Positions 1-8,829 are shown, counted from the first letter of the stretch. The stretch is 20,604 nt of DNA from Fidelibacterota bacterium (GCA_046861385.1 JBHHTW010000036.1:1-20604); one strand, 5' to 3'. Translations and numbers: made by a program. Notes: generated from the letters alone by a model not told the origin.

Positions 1-102
1 ATGCACACTTTACGTTATGATAAATTCAGTCTCTACGTTTTTGGTTTGATATTTCGTTAATATCTATGGAAGTTATATGGTCAAAATGAGATCATAAATA
101 AT

Positions 103-354
103 ATGCTATACCCACTCATCAATCTGGTATTCCAGATATTGTACATTTGCCTGATCACGCGGGTAATATTATCGTGGATCGACTACAATCCAAACAACGA
201 AATAATTCATTTGATTTACAAGATAACAAATCCACTAATTAAACCATTTCAGCAGATTATTCCCCCACTGAGCATTGGGATTGATATATCACCTATTGTA
301 GCATTTATTGTATTGGGATTTGTTAAAAAGTTCATTATTTGGGTAATGTTTTAA
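103..354 (+). CDS. yggT: YggT family integral membrane protein
   Basis: 83-aa hydrophobic protein with YggT-type motifs RVILSW, IYKITNPLIKPFQQIIPP and GIDISPIVAF. Confidence 0.88.
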   Translation: MLYPLINLVFQILYICLITRVILSWIDYNPNNEIIHLIYKITNPLIKPFQQIIPPLSIGIDISPIVAFIVLGFVKKFIIWVMF

Positions 355-445
355 GTGCTTGGGACATTGAAGAAATTGTTAAGAGACTTATATTAATGGT
401 TCGTCTCTCCCGGAACTTGAGGACTCAACACGGATTGGAATCGGC

Positions 446-1897
446 TTAAAAACTGAACACAAGACCCAAAGCAAACTCCATACCGGTCATATCAACAGAA
501 CCTTCTTCACCCCCATCTCCCCATGATTCAGGAGCTGGATAGTAATTACCATAATTTTCAAACAGGATTGCGTCTTCTTCGGATTGTAGATTTCCATAAG
601 AATAAAATTTGACTGTCCCAGTGTAACCTTCTATTGTTGCTGATCGCCAATTAAGATTCGATTCGATACTAAATCTTGGTGTAAATCTGTAACCAATACT
701 CAAACCTGTATGATAACCACCCCCGGAAGCGGTTAACTGGGATTTAGTTTCGCTTAATCCAAAATCTACATTATCTAAAAAGTCGATTGTACTCTGGTAG
801 ATGTCAATTCCTACCCCAACTGTTCCATATAACTGGGATGGTGAGGGAATTAAGTGATAATTAAAAGTTATACTTTCAAATATATTTGATAATGCGAACT
901 TATGTTCCCAACCGCCCCCTCTGGATTGTTTCATATCATCAAGATAACCCTCCCCAGTGATCTGGCCAACAGTTAATCCAATTTCGTATTCGGGTTTCAG
1001 GTAATAAGTAAAGTGTATTGAAAGATTATTCATATTTCCAAAATGACTCAATTTTTTCCTTGAGCTATCAGGCTCTAATATAAATTCGTTAACAACATCC
1101 ACCCAGTCGTCATAGTCCGCCATGGTTCCAGATACAATAGAGAATTGTGTTTTTATACTGTATTTTGATTGCTCGGAGACAACTTGTTGTTGAGGCTTTT
1201 CAATTTTTTGCAGTTGAATTTTTAAATCGGTGGTTTCACCGGCCTTTACTTCCACGACTCTTTGAACTTTGAGATAACCACGCAGAGAAATATGAACCGG
1301 ATAGCTGCCCTCTGATAAATTATCTATTAAAGCGGGCGTCTTCTGTGATATATCCTTACCATCAAATGTGATTCGTGCCTTGGATGGAATAGTGGAGATA
1401 GAAACTGCTCCTGTTGTTACTGGAGCGGGAGCATCCGGTTCATCAGCAATTAATTTATAGGCAATATTCGTCATCCCGGTTTTTAACACTTCATTTATGG
1501 AACCTTCGATCATTTCTTCAACATTATTTATAATCGTTCCCTCGGTTACACTAATTAAGCGGATGGAGATGAAATAAATATCACCAACCTTTCCTATGCT
1601 ACCGGCAATAACTTGTTCGACACCAATTAATCTGCCAACTTCAACGATGCATTCGTTACTGAAACATCCGGTTTGTTGAAATCCCTGTTCGGCAAGAACT
1701 TCATCCATCTGTGCCCGCTCAATAATTTTAAACTTATTTGTTTTATATAATTCAACACGCAGTTTGTCAGACAATATGGATGCCTCGGTCTGTGGGACAT
1801 TTTTCCCTTCTAATTCTAGGATGGCAATATTGACCGGTTGCGCCAAAACATAGGTGATAGATAGTATAATGGTAATTAAAATTTTCATGTTTTTCAT
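446..1897 (-). CDS. Exported/outer-membrane protein: CsgG/TolB-N-like domain + PEGA domain + C-terminal beta-barrel
   Basis: Signal peptide (MKILITIILSITYVLA); CsgG-like segment IIERAQMDEVLAEQGFQQTGC...GRLIGVEQVIAGSIGKVG; PEGA motif ISTIPSKARITFDG...TPALIDNLSEGSYPVHISLRGY; alternating aromatic strands ending in a terminal Phe (GLVFSF). Confidence 0.7.
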   Translation of the reverse strand: MKNMKILITIILSITYVLAQPVNIAILELEGKNVPQTEASILSDKLRVELYKTNKFKIIERAQMDEVLAEQGFQQTGCFSNECIVEVGRLIGVEQVIAGSIGKVGDIYFISIRLISVTEGTIINNVEEMIEGSINEVLKTGMTNIAYKLIADEPDAPAPVTTGAVSISTIPSKARITFDGKDISQKTPALIDNLSEGSYPVHISLRGYLKVQRVVEVKAGETTDLKIQLQKIEKPQQQVVSEQSKYSIKTQFSIVSGTMADYDDWVDVVNEFILEPDSSRKKLSHFGNMNNLSIHFTYYLKPEYEIGLTVGQITGEGYLDDMKQSRGGGWEHKFALSNIFESITFNYHLIPSPSQLYGTVGVGIDIYQSTIDFLDNVDFGLSETKSQLTASGGGYHTGLSIGYRFTPRFSIESNLNWRSATIEGYTGTVKFYSYGNLQSEEDAILFENYGNYYPAPESWGDGGEEGSVDMTGMEFALGLVFSF

Positions 1898-2188
1898 ATG
1901 ATATCCCTTGTATGGATTAGTCTAACTTTCAAGTAAGTTCTAGAGTTAGTCGAAAAACTAAAAGTCAATTAGTCTTAATTATGGATCAATTTAAGGTTTT
2001 ATTTGATTGCTTTCCAATGCTTTGGTAATCGGTCAAAACCAATGGTACCTCGCAAATGAGTAGGTCTTAAGACTTTGATTTTGAGCTGAATTATTAAATA
2101 GTCTATGAAGCAGAAAACGCCGTTTTTAGTTGAGTTTTAGAAATAGATTCGTTTTGTCACGATTCAAGTATAAGAAAGGAGAAAATAA

Positions 2189-2329
2189 ATGTCGATGGAT
2201 TATCAATCATTTTGGACATATCAGAGTTACGCTGTTATTGGTCACTCTGCAAACCCGCCTGCCCCATTTCAAGAACCAGATATGTGGCGGGCAGGGAAAA
2301 AATTTAACGAAAGGTTTGAGGTATTTTGA
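2189..2329 (+). pseudogene. Truncated N-terminal remnant resembling a CoA-binding (YccU-like) protein, interrupted by an in-frame palindromic insert
   Basis: Strong RBS AAGGAG upstream of ATG 2189; 46-aa ORF MSMDYQSFWTYQSYAVIGHSA[NPPAPFQEPDMWRAG]KKF...; removing 2254-2295 gives YAVIGHSAKKKF, resembling the first strand of CoA-binding proteins (recalled similarity). Confidence 0.4.
2254..2295. repeat. GC-rich palindromic mini-element
   Basis: CCTGCCC (2258-2264) pairs with GGGCAGG (2289-2295); alternatively CCCGCC (2254-2259) with GGCGGG (2286-2291), in AT-rich surroundings. Confidence 0.55.
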
Positions 2330-2493
2330 GGATTAGAATGAATTACTGTTTGAGTCCGCTACACCTACGGTAGATTTTATATTTCATTACCCGACTACTT
2401 ATGTTTGACAGGTAGGCAGTGGACGAGTTTAACTCATTCCCGAAAAATGCCGAAAAACCGATGAATTTTCTCTCAGCGACTGTTTCTTTTGCA

Positions 2494-2518
2494 GCCATCC
2501 CGAAATAATCGGGATGGC
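2494..2518. repeat. Perfect 10-bp hairpin (palindromic mini-element)
   Basis: GCCATCCCGA-aataa-TCGGGATGGC. Confidence 0.65.
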
Positions 2519-2607
2519 GGATGACTCTGTGATTGATTATCGGTTAAAAAAGAAATTCTTGAAAGACATTTGACCAAACACTGGACGCCTTAATTTTCAT
2601 CCTCACA

Positions 2608-2816
2608 TCAGGCAACTTTCTTTATCTTTTTCATCACATGCTGTAAGCTTCCGAGCTTGTCAATCGTTACGGTAAACACACCAAAACTTTCTTCTACCTT
2701 ACCGCGTAAAATGAACAATTTTTCCCAGTTGAGTAAATCGCCGTATTGCTTAAACGCATTGGGGAACATCACGCATTCATAGATGTTCGTTTCATCTTCA
2801 AATGTTACAGATTCCA
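2608..2816 (-). pseudogene. Duplicated 3'-terminal fragment of dnaE2 (last ~69 codons including stop), no start codon
   Basis: 2607-2816 aligns without gaps to 3683-3892 with 13 mismatches in 210 bp by manual alignment; reads ...ESVTFEDETNIYECVMFPNAFKQYGDLLNWEK...KIKKVA*; in-frame stop shortly upstream and no ATG. Confidence 0.92.
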
Positions 2817-2935
2817 GGAGATCATGCCAAATCTCTGAATTTCTCGGCTCTCACAATTGGTTAAAGTATTTTCATTGCAAAACTGCTAAAATTCCACAAA
2901 GACCTTCACCCTGAATTAATGAAGGTGTTGCAGAA

Positions 2936-3229
2936 TTATGGGTGGGGTATTATGGACGTAACAGTAATTTGTTTCCTTTCTGGGCCGTAATACCAAAATA
3001 TTCTATATGCGCTTGGGGTGTTTTGTTGAGCGTACGATTCCCATAATTTTTCACCGTTTGGGCCTGAAAGTGTTTTAAAAGGTTTGGAATTTAAACTTGG
3101 ATGTCTAGGGTCATTTTCAAGAAATCTTAATGATTTTGTAACAGCCTTAAATACTGCCGTTTTCGAATTATCATGTTTAAGACTGGTTAATTCATTTTTG
3201 GAAGTATCGGTAAACCGTAACCTGTACAT
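2936..3229 (-). CDS. RelE/ParE-superfamily toxin (type II TA)
   Basis: 97-aa basic protein; N-terminal YRLRFT, central LENDPRHPSLNS, C-terminal AYRIFWYYGP...ITVTSIIPHP; ATG directly follows the antitoxin stop. Confidence 0.75.
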   Translation of the reverse strand: MYRLRFTDTSKNELTSLKHDNSKTAVFKAVTKSLRFLENDPRHPSLNSKPFKTLSGPNGEKLWESYAQQNTPSAYRIFWYYGPERKQITVTSIIPHP

Positions 3230-3550
3230 TTAAAGAGACTCAAAAAAATCATCCAAATTGTCTACTGAAGTAACTTTTCCATCAATAACATCCTGAATTC
3301 CTTGCTGGAATTTTTCGAATGCCTCCGTTTTGTTAAACAGCCATTTCTCTTTTGCAGGGATTTTCATTTTAGGTTTTAACAAAACATCTCCGGTTGGACT
3401 GATAAATATTTCAAATTCATCAGGTGTGGAAATTCGCTTATATAATGAAAATATTTTTGCACCTAAATTGATGCGGTTTTTGTTATCCACTGCTTTTGAT
3501 GTAACATAAACAAATTTTTCTTTGTCTGGTATTGTAAGTGTATTACTCAT
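3230..3550 (-). CDS. AbrB/MazE/MraZ-like antitoxin
   Basis: Swapped-hairpin pattern VDNKNRINLG...FEIFISPTGDVLLKP, then IPAKEKWLF and an acidic tail (VDNLDDFFESL); immediately upstream of the toxin. Confidence 0.72.
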   Translation of the reverse strand: MSNTLTIPDKEKFVYVTSKAVDNKNRINLGAKIFSLYKRISTPDEFEIFISPTGDVLLKPKMKIPAKEKWLFNKTEAFEKFQQGIQDVIDGKVTSVDNLDDFFESL

Positions 3551-3600
3551 TATTGACCTATTTTTTATTTAAATATCTACGATAGAAATTAATTTCACTG

Positions 3601-3615
3601 GTGGGAAGTTCCCAC
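3601..3615. promoter_or_regulatory. Inverted repeat, putative TA autoregulatory operator
   Basis: GTGGGAA-G-TTCCCAC, perfect 7-bp arms, about 50 bp upstream of the antitoxin start. Confidence 0.5.
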
Positions 3616-3683
3616 TTAAATATTTTCTTAACACAAATAGTGTAATACCAACTATTCCAGTCTTCAAAGAAATGGTGGCAAAA

Positions 3684-6659
3684 TCAGGCAACTTTCCTTA
3701 TCTTTTTCATCACGTGCTGTAAACTTCCGAGTTTCTCAATGGTCACGGTAAACACACCAAAACTTTCTTCTACCTTACCGCGTAAAATGAACAATTTTTC
3801 CCAATTGAGTAAATCGCCGTATTGCTTAAACGGTTTGGGGAACATCACACATTCATAGATGTTCGTTTCATCTTCAAATGTCACAAATTCCATGGGTTCG
3901 CGCTTCTTCGTTGCTGTAACCTTCCGGGTAATGTAAACGCCCAGCAAATTGATGGTCTTGCCAACGAATTTTGGAATGTCCTTTGCTTTTTTGACCTTAT
4001 CCTTAAAAATGGATAAATACGGTCCCAGCGGGTGCTCTGAGATAGAGAACCCAAACGATTTGAACTCCAGTTCACGCTTTTGAATATCTGTCAAATCACC
4101 GGCGGACAGGGATGGTCGCAATGATTCACTCTCGTCAGAATCCAATTTATAACAGGCAACCTGAAAGGCAATTTCCCGATGGGTGAGTTCGGGCTCAAGT
4201 TCTGTGAAACATCCAGCATTCGTCAATGCCATCAAATCCGAAAGTTCAAGGTCGGTCCGCAATAAAAAATCCGAAAGAGAAGAAAAATCCCCTGTTTTAC
4301 GTTCGTCTAATATTTCATCTATTGCCTTTTTTTGCAGACGGTTAATGGCCATAAATCCGATACGTATTTTGTTATTCCGGCCTTTAAAAAACCGTTCGCT
4401 GCGATTGATATCCGGCCACAAAATTTTAATCCCAAACCGCCGGGCTTCGCTCAAATATGCATACGTGGAATAATACCCGCCCTGATTCGTAATGACGGAT
4501 GAAAGAAATTCCGCCGGATAATGTGCTTTTAAATACGCACAGGTAAATGACAACATGGCATACGACGCCGAGTGGGGTTTGCAGAATGAATATCCGGAAA
4601 AGGATTCGATCATTTCCCAGAGAGTTTCTGCCAATTCCCGGGTATATCCCCTGTTTTCGGCGCCGGCGATGAATTTACGTTTCCACAATGGCACTTTATG
4701 AGCAAGTCCCGAATGGGAAATACCTTTCCTCATATGTTCCGAATCCGCGTATCCAAAACCGGCAATTTCCCGTGCTGTTGTGGTGACTTGCTCCTCATAA
4801 ACCATAATCCCGTAACTTTCGTTCAAAAAATGCAAATCCGGGTGCAATAATTCCCACGGTTTGCCATGAATTCGTTCCAGCATCAGGTTGATGTAGCGGT
4901 TGGCGGCGGGGCGAATGATGGAAGAATAAATGACCACATGTTCAAAATCTACGACGCCCGCTTTGTTGAGCAATAAGCGTGTTGCCGGGGATTCAATATA
5001 AAATATGCCCATGGTTTTACCGGATTGCATTAATGCTTCCGTTTTGGGATCATTGTTTGGCTGGATGGTGTGATAATCCATCCGCTCGTTGCGATATAAC
5101 CCGATCTGGCGCAACGTATCCCGCACCACAGCCAATGAACGATTGCCAAGCAGATCAATTTTCAACAATCCCGAATCCTCCACCTGGTCTTTTTCCCATT
5201 CCACAATTTGTACACCCTTCGGAGCGGTTAATACAGGCACATATTTGCGAATTTCATCCGGCACGATGATGATACCTCCCGGATGGACAGAAGACACCCG
5301 AAATGCTCCGATAATTTTTTCACTTTGCTCAATGATCTCCAAAAGCGTTTCATCAAGATCAAGGTCCTTAAATCGTGGATCGGTGGATATCCATTTGGCC
5401 AGTTCTTTTTTTCGCGCAAAATATCCGATACGTTTGGTCACCGCTTTGATTTCTTCATTAGAGAGTCCATAAACTTTGGCAACTTCACGGATGGCCGACC
5501 GGGGCTGTAAAAATACCTGGCTGGAAACCATTGCCGTACGTTGTAAACCATAATTATTGAAGACATAATCCAAAATATCATCCCGTTCGTCCCAGGGGAA
5601 ATCCACATCGATATCCGGCATATCCACCCGTTCAGGGTGAATGAACCGCTCAAATTGAAGATTATATTTGATTGGGTCAACCTGGGTAATGAACAGACAG
5701 TAACTCACGATGGACGCCGCTCCGGACCCACGCCCAATGGTTGATTTGGTTTTCTGGACAATATCATGTACCACCAGGAAATAAGGAGAAAATCCCTTCT
5801 GTGTGATTATTTCAAGTTCATAGTTAATCCGATGATTAATTTCATCGGTAATGGCATCAAAACGGACATTTGCCCCTTCATAAACCAATTTTCGTAAAAG
5901 TTGATTGGCTTTATGGGTCTCCTTTAGGGATATCTCCGGGAAAATGGTATTGAGATATCGCCAATCTGTTTTACACCGCTCTGCCAGGTATTGTGAATTA
6001 TTGATGGCGTCCAAACTGTTTGGAAATCTGCGGATCATTTCTTTTTCCGGACAAAAATAATGATGCTTATCCTTAATGTCGTTTTTGGTTAATTGTGAAA
6101 GTGTGGCGTTCTTTTCAATGGCTCGTAATATTTTATGGGACTTCTGATCGCTTTTCTCCAGAAAATACACATCCCCGGTGGCAACCATATCGATTCCAAA
6201 TTGTTTTGCCAATTCCTTAGCGTGTTGCTCGGTAATCGTCGGGCGTAATTCCACAAATAAATGGGAGGATGGAAAAATTTTCACCAGTTCGGAAAGCGCT
6301 GACTGGCTGTGAGATAATACAAACAATCCATCCCGGTGTTTTTGAAATAATGCCCGTATCGTAATCTCCGGTTCATCGTGCACCATGGAGACCAGACGGC
6401 AAATATTTTCGTAACCAGTCTGATTTTCCGCAAGTAGAATAACGTCACATTCCGGCGTAATAATATTGGTTCCGGCTATAGGCTGAATGCCAAAATCCCT
6501 TGCAGCCTGAATAAAGCGAATGAATCCGTACATGCCATTGGTTTCTGTCATGGCTAAATGGGAGAAATTGAATTCCTTTGCCCTCTGCAATATTTCCGAA
6601 AACGTCGCAGTACCGGACATTTTTGAATAAATGGAATGGGTGTTCAGATGGGTAAACAT
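3684..6659 (-). CDS. dnaE2: DNA polymerase III alpha subunit, error-prone DnaE2/ImuC-type
   Basis: PHP domain HLNTHSIYS; GRGSGAAS; catalytic PDIDVDF and KIDLLG; YSFCKPHSASY; C-terminal OB fold; 991 aa; TGATG overlap with the upstream Y-family gene, downstream of lexA. Confidence 0.9.
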   Translation of the reverse strand: MFTHLNTHSIYSKMSGTATFSEILQRAKEFNFSHLAMTETNGMYGFIRFIQAARDFGIQPIAGTNIITPECDVILLAENQTGYENICRLVSMVHDEPEITIRALFQKHRDGLFVLSHSQSALSELVKIFPSSHLFVELRPTITEQHAKELAKQFGIDMVATGDVYFLEKSDQKSHKILRAIEKNATLSQLTKNDIKDKHHYFCPEKEMIRRFPNSLDAINNSQYLAERCKTDWRYLNTIFPEISLKETHKANQLLRKLVYEGANVRFDAITDEINHRINYELEIITQKGFSPYFLVVHDIVQKTKSTIGRGSGAASIVSYCLFITQVDPIKYNLQFERFIHPERVDMPDIDVDFPWDERDDILDYVFNNYGLQRTAMVSSQVFLQPRSAIREVAKVYGLSNEEIKAVTKRIGYFARKKELAKWISTDPRFKDLDLDETLLEIIEQSEKIIGAFRVSSVHPGGIIIVPDEIRKYVPVLTAPKGVQIVEWEKDQVEDSGLLKIDLLGNRSLAVVRDTLRQIGLYRNERMDYHTIQPNNDPKTEALMQSGKTMGIFYIESPATRLLLNKAGVVDFEHVVIYSSIIRPAANRYINLMLERIHGKPWELLHPDLHFLNESYGIMVYEEQVTTTAREIAGFGYADSEHMRKGISHSGLAHKVPLWKRKFIAGAENRGYTRELAETLWEMIESFSGYSFCKPHSASYAMLSFTCAYLKAHYPAEFLSSVITNQGGYYSTYAYLSEARRFGIKILWPDINRSERFFKGRNNKIRIGFMAINRLQKKAIDEILDERKTGDFSSLSDFLLRTDLELSDLMALTNAGCFTELEPELTHREIAFQVACYKLDSDESESLRPSLSAGDLTDIQKRELEFKSFGFSISEHPLGPYLSIFKDKVKKAKDIPKFVGKTINLLGVYITRKVTATKKREPMEFVTFEDETNIYECVMFPKPFKQYGDLLNWEKLFILRGKVEESFGVFTVTIEKLGSLQHVMKKIRKVA

Positions 6660-7810
6660 CAGGCGGATGCAGCCTGGATTAATGAAAATCCATACTTTTT
6701 ACGGATATTGTCAATAGCTTGATTCAACGAACGATTATTTTGATATTGGGTTTTTTCGAATAATTCAACTTGATGAGATACCTGCCGGAAATTTGATGCA
6801 TCAATCAAAATAGATCGCAAACGGTTTCGACGGTGATTGGCTTTTTCAAACAGATCCAAACAATCCCGAACAATGGATTGATCATCGTTTTGGGAAAATT
6901 TTCCGGTTTTTGACGATTTAAAACCGTCCGTGTAGTGAATTTCCAGCTTCACTTTCAACGCAATCGAACGCCGCTTGCGGCATTTGAATGCAACCTGTTC
7001 CGCCAGTGTTCGAACAACATTTGCCAGTATGTCCACATCGTTGGTATCGCATTCCATGATCTTTTGTTCGGTGATGCACGAACGTTTTATGGGCGGTTGA
7101 ACACGGGAATGATCCTGGCCGTTGGCTTCTTTGTTTAACTGATTATTATGTTTCCCAAAAATCTCGGTTCCCACTCTGACATTATGCGTGATTTCCCGAA
7201 TTTGATGTACTTGATCCAGCAATAAAAACCGAACCATTTTCAAGACAGTGTTTTCTTGAGCGGTTGGCAAAATTAGAGAATTCAACGGAGATAGAAATTT
7301 CGATTCTTCGCCGTAAGATACTTTATGAATTTTTTCAGGAATGACTTCTGTAGAAATCTGGCTGATTAATTTATTTTGACTAATACCTACATGACTTTCC
7401 ATCTCAATTTTGGTTTTAAGATCATCGAGGATAACCTCGCCGGCTTGAACAGGGTTTTTATAAACCAAGTCCATACCCGTCATATCCATAAAATATTGTC
7501 CAAACACAGTGGGTTCAACAATGGGTGAATATTTGGCAACTGCTTTGTAAATATAGGAATTCATTCGTGAATAAAGCGTATTGTTGTAAGGCAAAAGTAG
7601 TGCCGAGTGGGACATCTTTCTGGCAAGGGAAACTTTCATCCCGGCGAAAAGGCCATCCTGTGCGGCTTCATCAGAAAGCGAAATGATCGTGCCGTTTGGA
7701 TGGTGGGAAGAAATAATGGCAACAGCCCTTGTCCGCAGGGCTGGATCAAGCAAACGCTCAGCATTGAGTTCGAAATCTGACAATCGAATATGATAGACAG
7801 ACTGGTTCAT
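6659..7810 (-). CDS. imuB: ImuB-like Y-family polymerase homolog, probably catalytically inactive
   Basis: DinB-like fold motifs (SDEAAQDGLFAGM, YSPIVEP, VGISQNKLIS, AIDNIRKKYG); catalytic acidic residues missing (HIRLSDF instead of HxDxDxF; VFGQYFMD instead of SIDEAYLD); clamp-binding-like QVELF. Confidence 0.8.
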   Translation of the reverse strand: MNQSVYHIRLSDFELNAERLLDPALRTRAVAIISSHHPNGTIISLSDEAAQDGLFAGMKVSLARKMSHSALLLPYNNTLYSRMNSYIYKAVAKYSPIVEPTVFGQYFMDMTGMDLVYKNPVQAGEVILDDLKTKIEMESHVGISQNKLISQISTEVIPEKIHKVSYGEESKFLSPLNSLILPTAQENTVLKMVRFLLLDQVHQIREITHNVRVGTEIFGKHNNQLNKEANGQDHSRVQPPIKRSCITEQKIMECDTNDVDILANVVRTLAEQVAFKCRKRRSIALKVKLEIHYTDGFKSSKTGKFSQNDDQSIVRDCLDLFEKANHRRNRLRSILIDASNFRQVSHQVELFEKTQYQNNRSLNQAIDNIRKKYGFSLIQAASA

Positions 7811-7862
7811 ACTTTACTATCAATAATAATCATTTTTAAAACCTAGTCTTCAATATGATTTT

Positions 7863-7914
7863 CACCACCCCACGAGACCCCTCCTCATACGAGGAAGGGG
7901 ATTAAGGGGTGGTG
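7863..7914. repeat. REP-like nested hairpin
   Basis: Outer arms CACCACCCC/GGGGTGGTG; inner CCCCTCCTC-atac-GAGGAAGGGG. Confidence 0.65.
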
Positions 7915-8050
7915 TTAAATATTGTGTTTTTTTAAATTGTTTACTATAGACAGACATAGTTCATGTTTTATTATTACTCTGGCGATAAATAATGTTAAAC
8001 TTTCTGAAGGATAAAAATCGTTATATGAAAAATCAATATCCATTATTAGA

Positions 8051-8169
8051 ACCCCTTTGTGTTTCCCCTATGATCCGCCTACATTTCAGTTCCGGCGGAT
8101 AGGCAGGGGAAAAATTTAGGATAGAACCATTACCTTCTCCCCTGTAATAGGGGAGAATGAAAGAGGGGT
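8051..8169. repeat. REP doublet (REPIN-like) with a nested ATCCGCC/GGCGGAT element
   Basis: Left unit ACCCCT...TTTCCCCT(8062-8069)...AGGGGAAA(8105-8112) with ATCCGCC(8073-8079)/GGCGGAT(8094-8100) in its loop; right unit TTCTCCCCT-gtaat-AGGGGAGAA(8135-8157)...GAGGGGT. Confidence 0.6.
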
Positions 8170-8219
8170 CTTTAAAAATGGATAAACTCATGGTTTCATA
8201 CGATTTCAATACCGGAGTA

Positions 8220-8813
8220 CTAATAATTTCTGAATACATGCAGAACAACACCGCCGATTCGAAACTCATCTTCCGGAGAAACATGAATAATATCGAAATC
8301 AGGGTTCCGGGGATGAAGCTCGACCCCGGACGCCTTGGGATAATATCGTTTTAATGTTGCTTCACCGTTCACGTAGGCAATAATCGTCTGCCTTGCTTCT
8401 GCCTGTTCGGCTTGTTTGATGATCACATAATCGCCATCTTCGATGTTGTCATCAATCATAGAATTTCCCCGAACTTGAAGTACAAAATTTGAAGGATGAG
8501 CCCATGATGGCGGCACTTCGACCATTTCCCTGTTTTCAATGGCTTCCAGCGGATAACCCGCTGCGATTCTCCCCAGCAATGGCAATTGGTTTGACAGATC
8601 ATCGACAACAGCAAGGGCACGTTTTCCACTAAACCCTTTTTCCCGCTGCAAATGACCGGACTTGATTAATTCCCGGATGTACCAACTCACCGTACCCACA
8701 GACTTGAATCCCAACCCTGTCTTAATTTCTTCAAACGTTGGCGATTCCTCATTTTGGATAATGAAGTTTTGAATGAATTCTAATATTGATTTTTTCTTTT
8801 TTGAAAGTATCAT
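8220..8813 (-). CDS. lexA: LexA repressor
   Basis: N-terminal wHTH (SPTFEEIKTGLGFKS); Ala-Gly cleavage site GRIAAGYP; catalytic Ser in VRGNSM and Lys in EATLKR. Confidence 0.95.
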   Translation of the reverse strand: MILSKKKKSILEFIQNFIIQNEESPTFEEIKTGLGFKSVGTVSWYIRELIKSGHLQREKGFSGKRALAVVDDLSNQLPLLGRIAAGYPLEAIENREMVEVPPSWAHPSNFVLQVRGNSMIDDNIEDGDYVIIKQAEQAEARQTIIAYVNGEATLKRYYPKASGVELHPRNPDFDIIHVSPEDEFRIGGVVLHVFRNY

Positions 8814-8829
8814 AATATTTTCCAGGTTA

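Noticed and set aside
1917-1974. Three TTAGTC hexamers upstream of the PEGA gene
   Set aside because: Irregular spacing (29 and 23 bp) in AT-rich DNA; too weak to call a regulatory array or CRISPR
2130-2336. 68-aa ORF from the track
   Set aside because: TTG start without RBS; the overlapping frame from ATG 2189 has a strong RBS and more protein-like sequence
2607-3892. Diversity-generating retroelement TR/VR pair at the dnaE2 3' end
   Set aside because: Mismatches are not adenine-specific on either strand, most are synonymous, and no reverse transcriptase is in the window
3822-5680. Multiple short ORFs within dnaE2
   Set aside because: Shadow or alternative frames of a well-conserved gene, with no recognisable motifs
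6659-7810. Active DNA polymerase IV (dinB)
   Set aside because: Catalytic Asp and Asp-Glu motifs are absent, so ImuB-like is the better call
8033-8354. ORFs 8033-8284 (-) and 8157-8354 (+) as possible imuA or small genes
   Set aside because: They overlap lexA and run through REP-like hairpins; no RecA/SulA-like motifs
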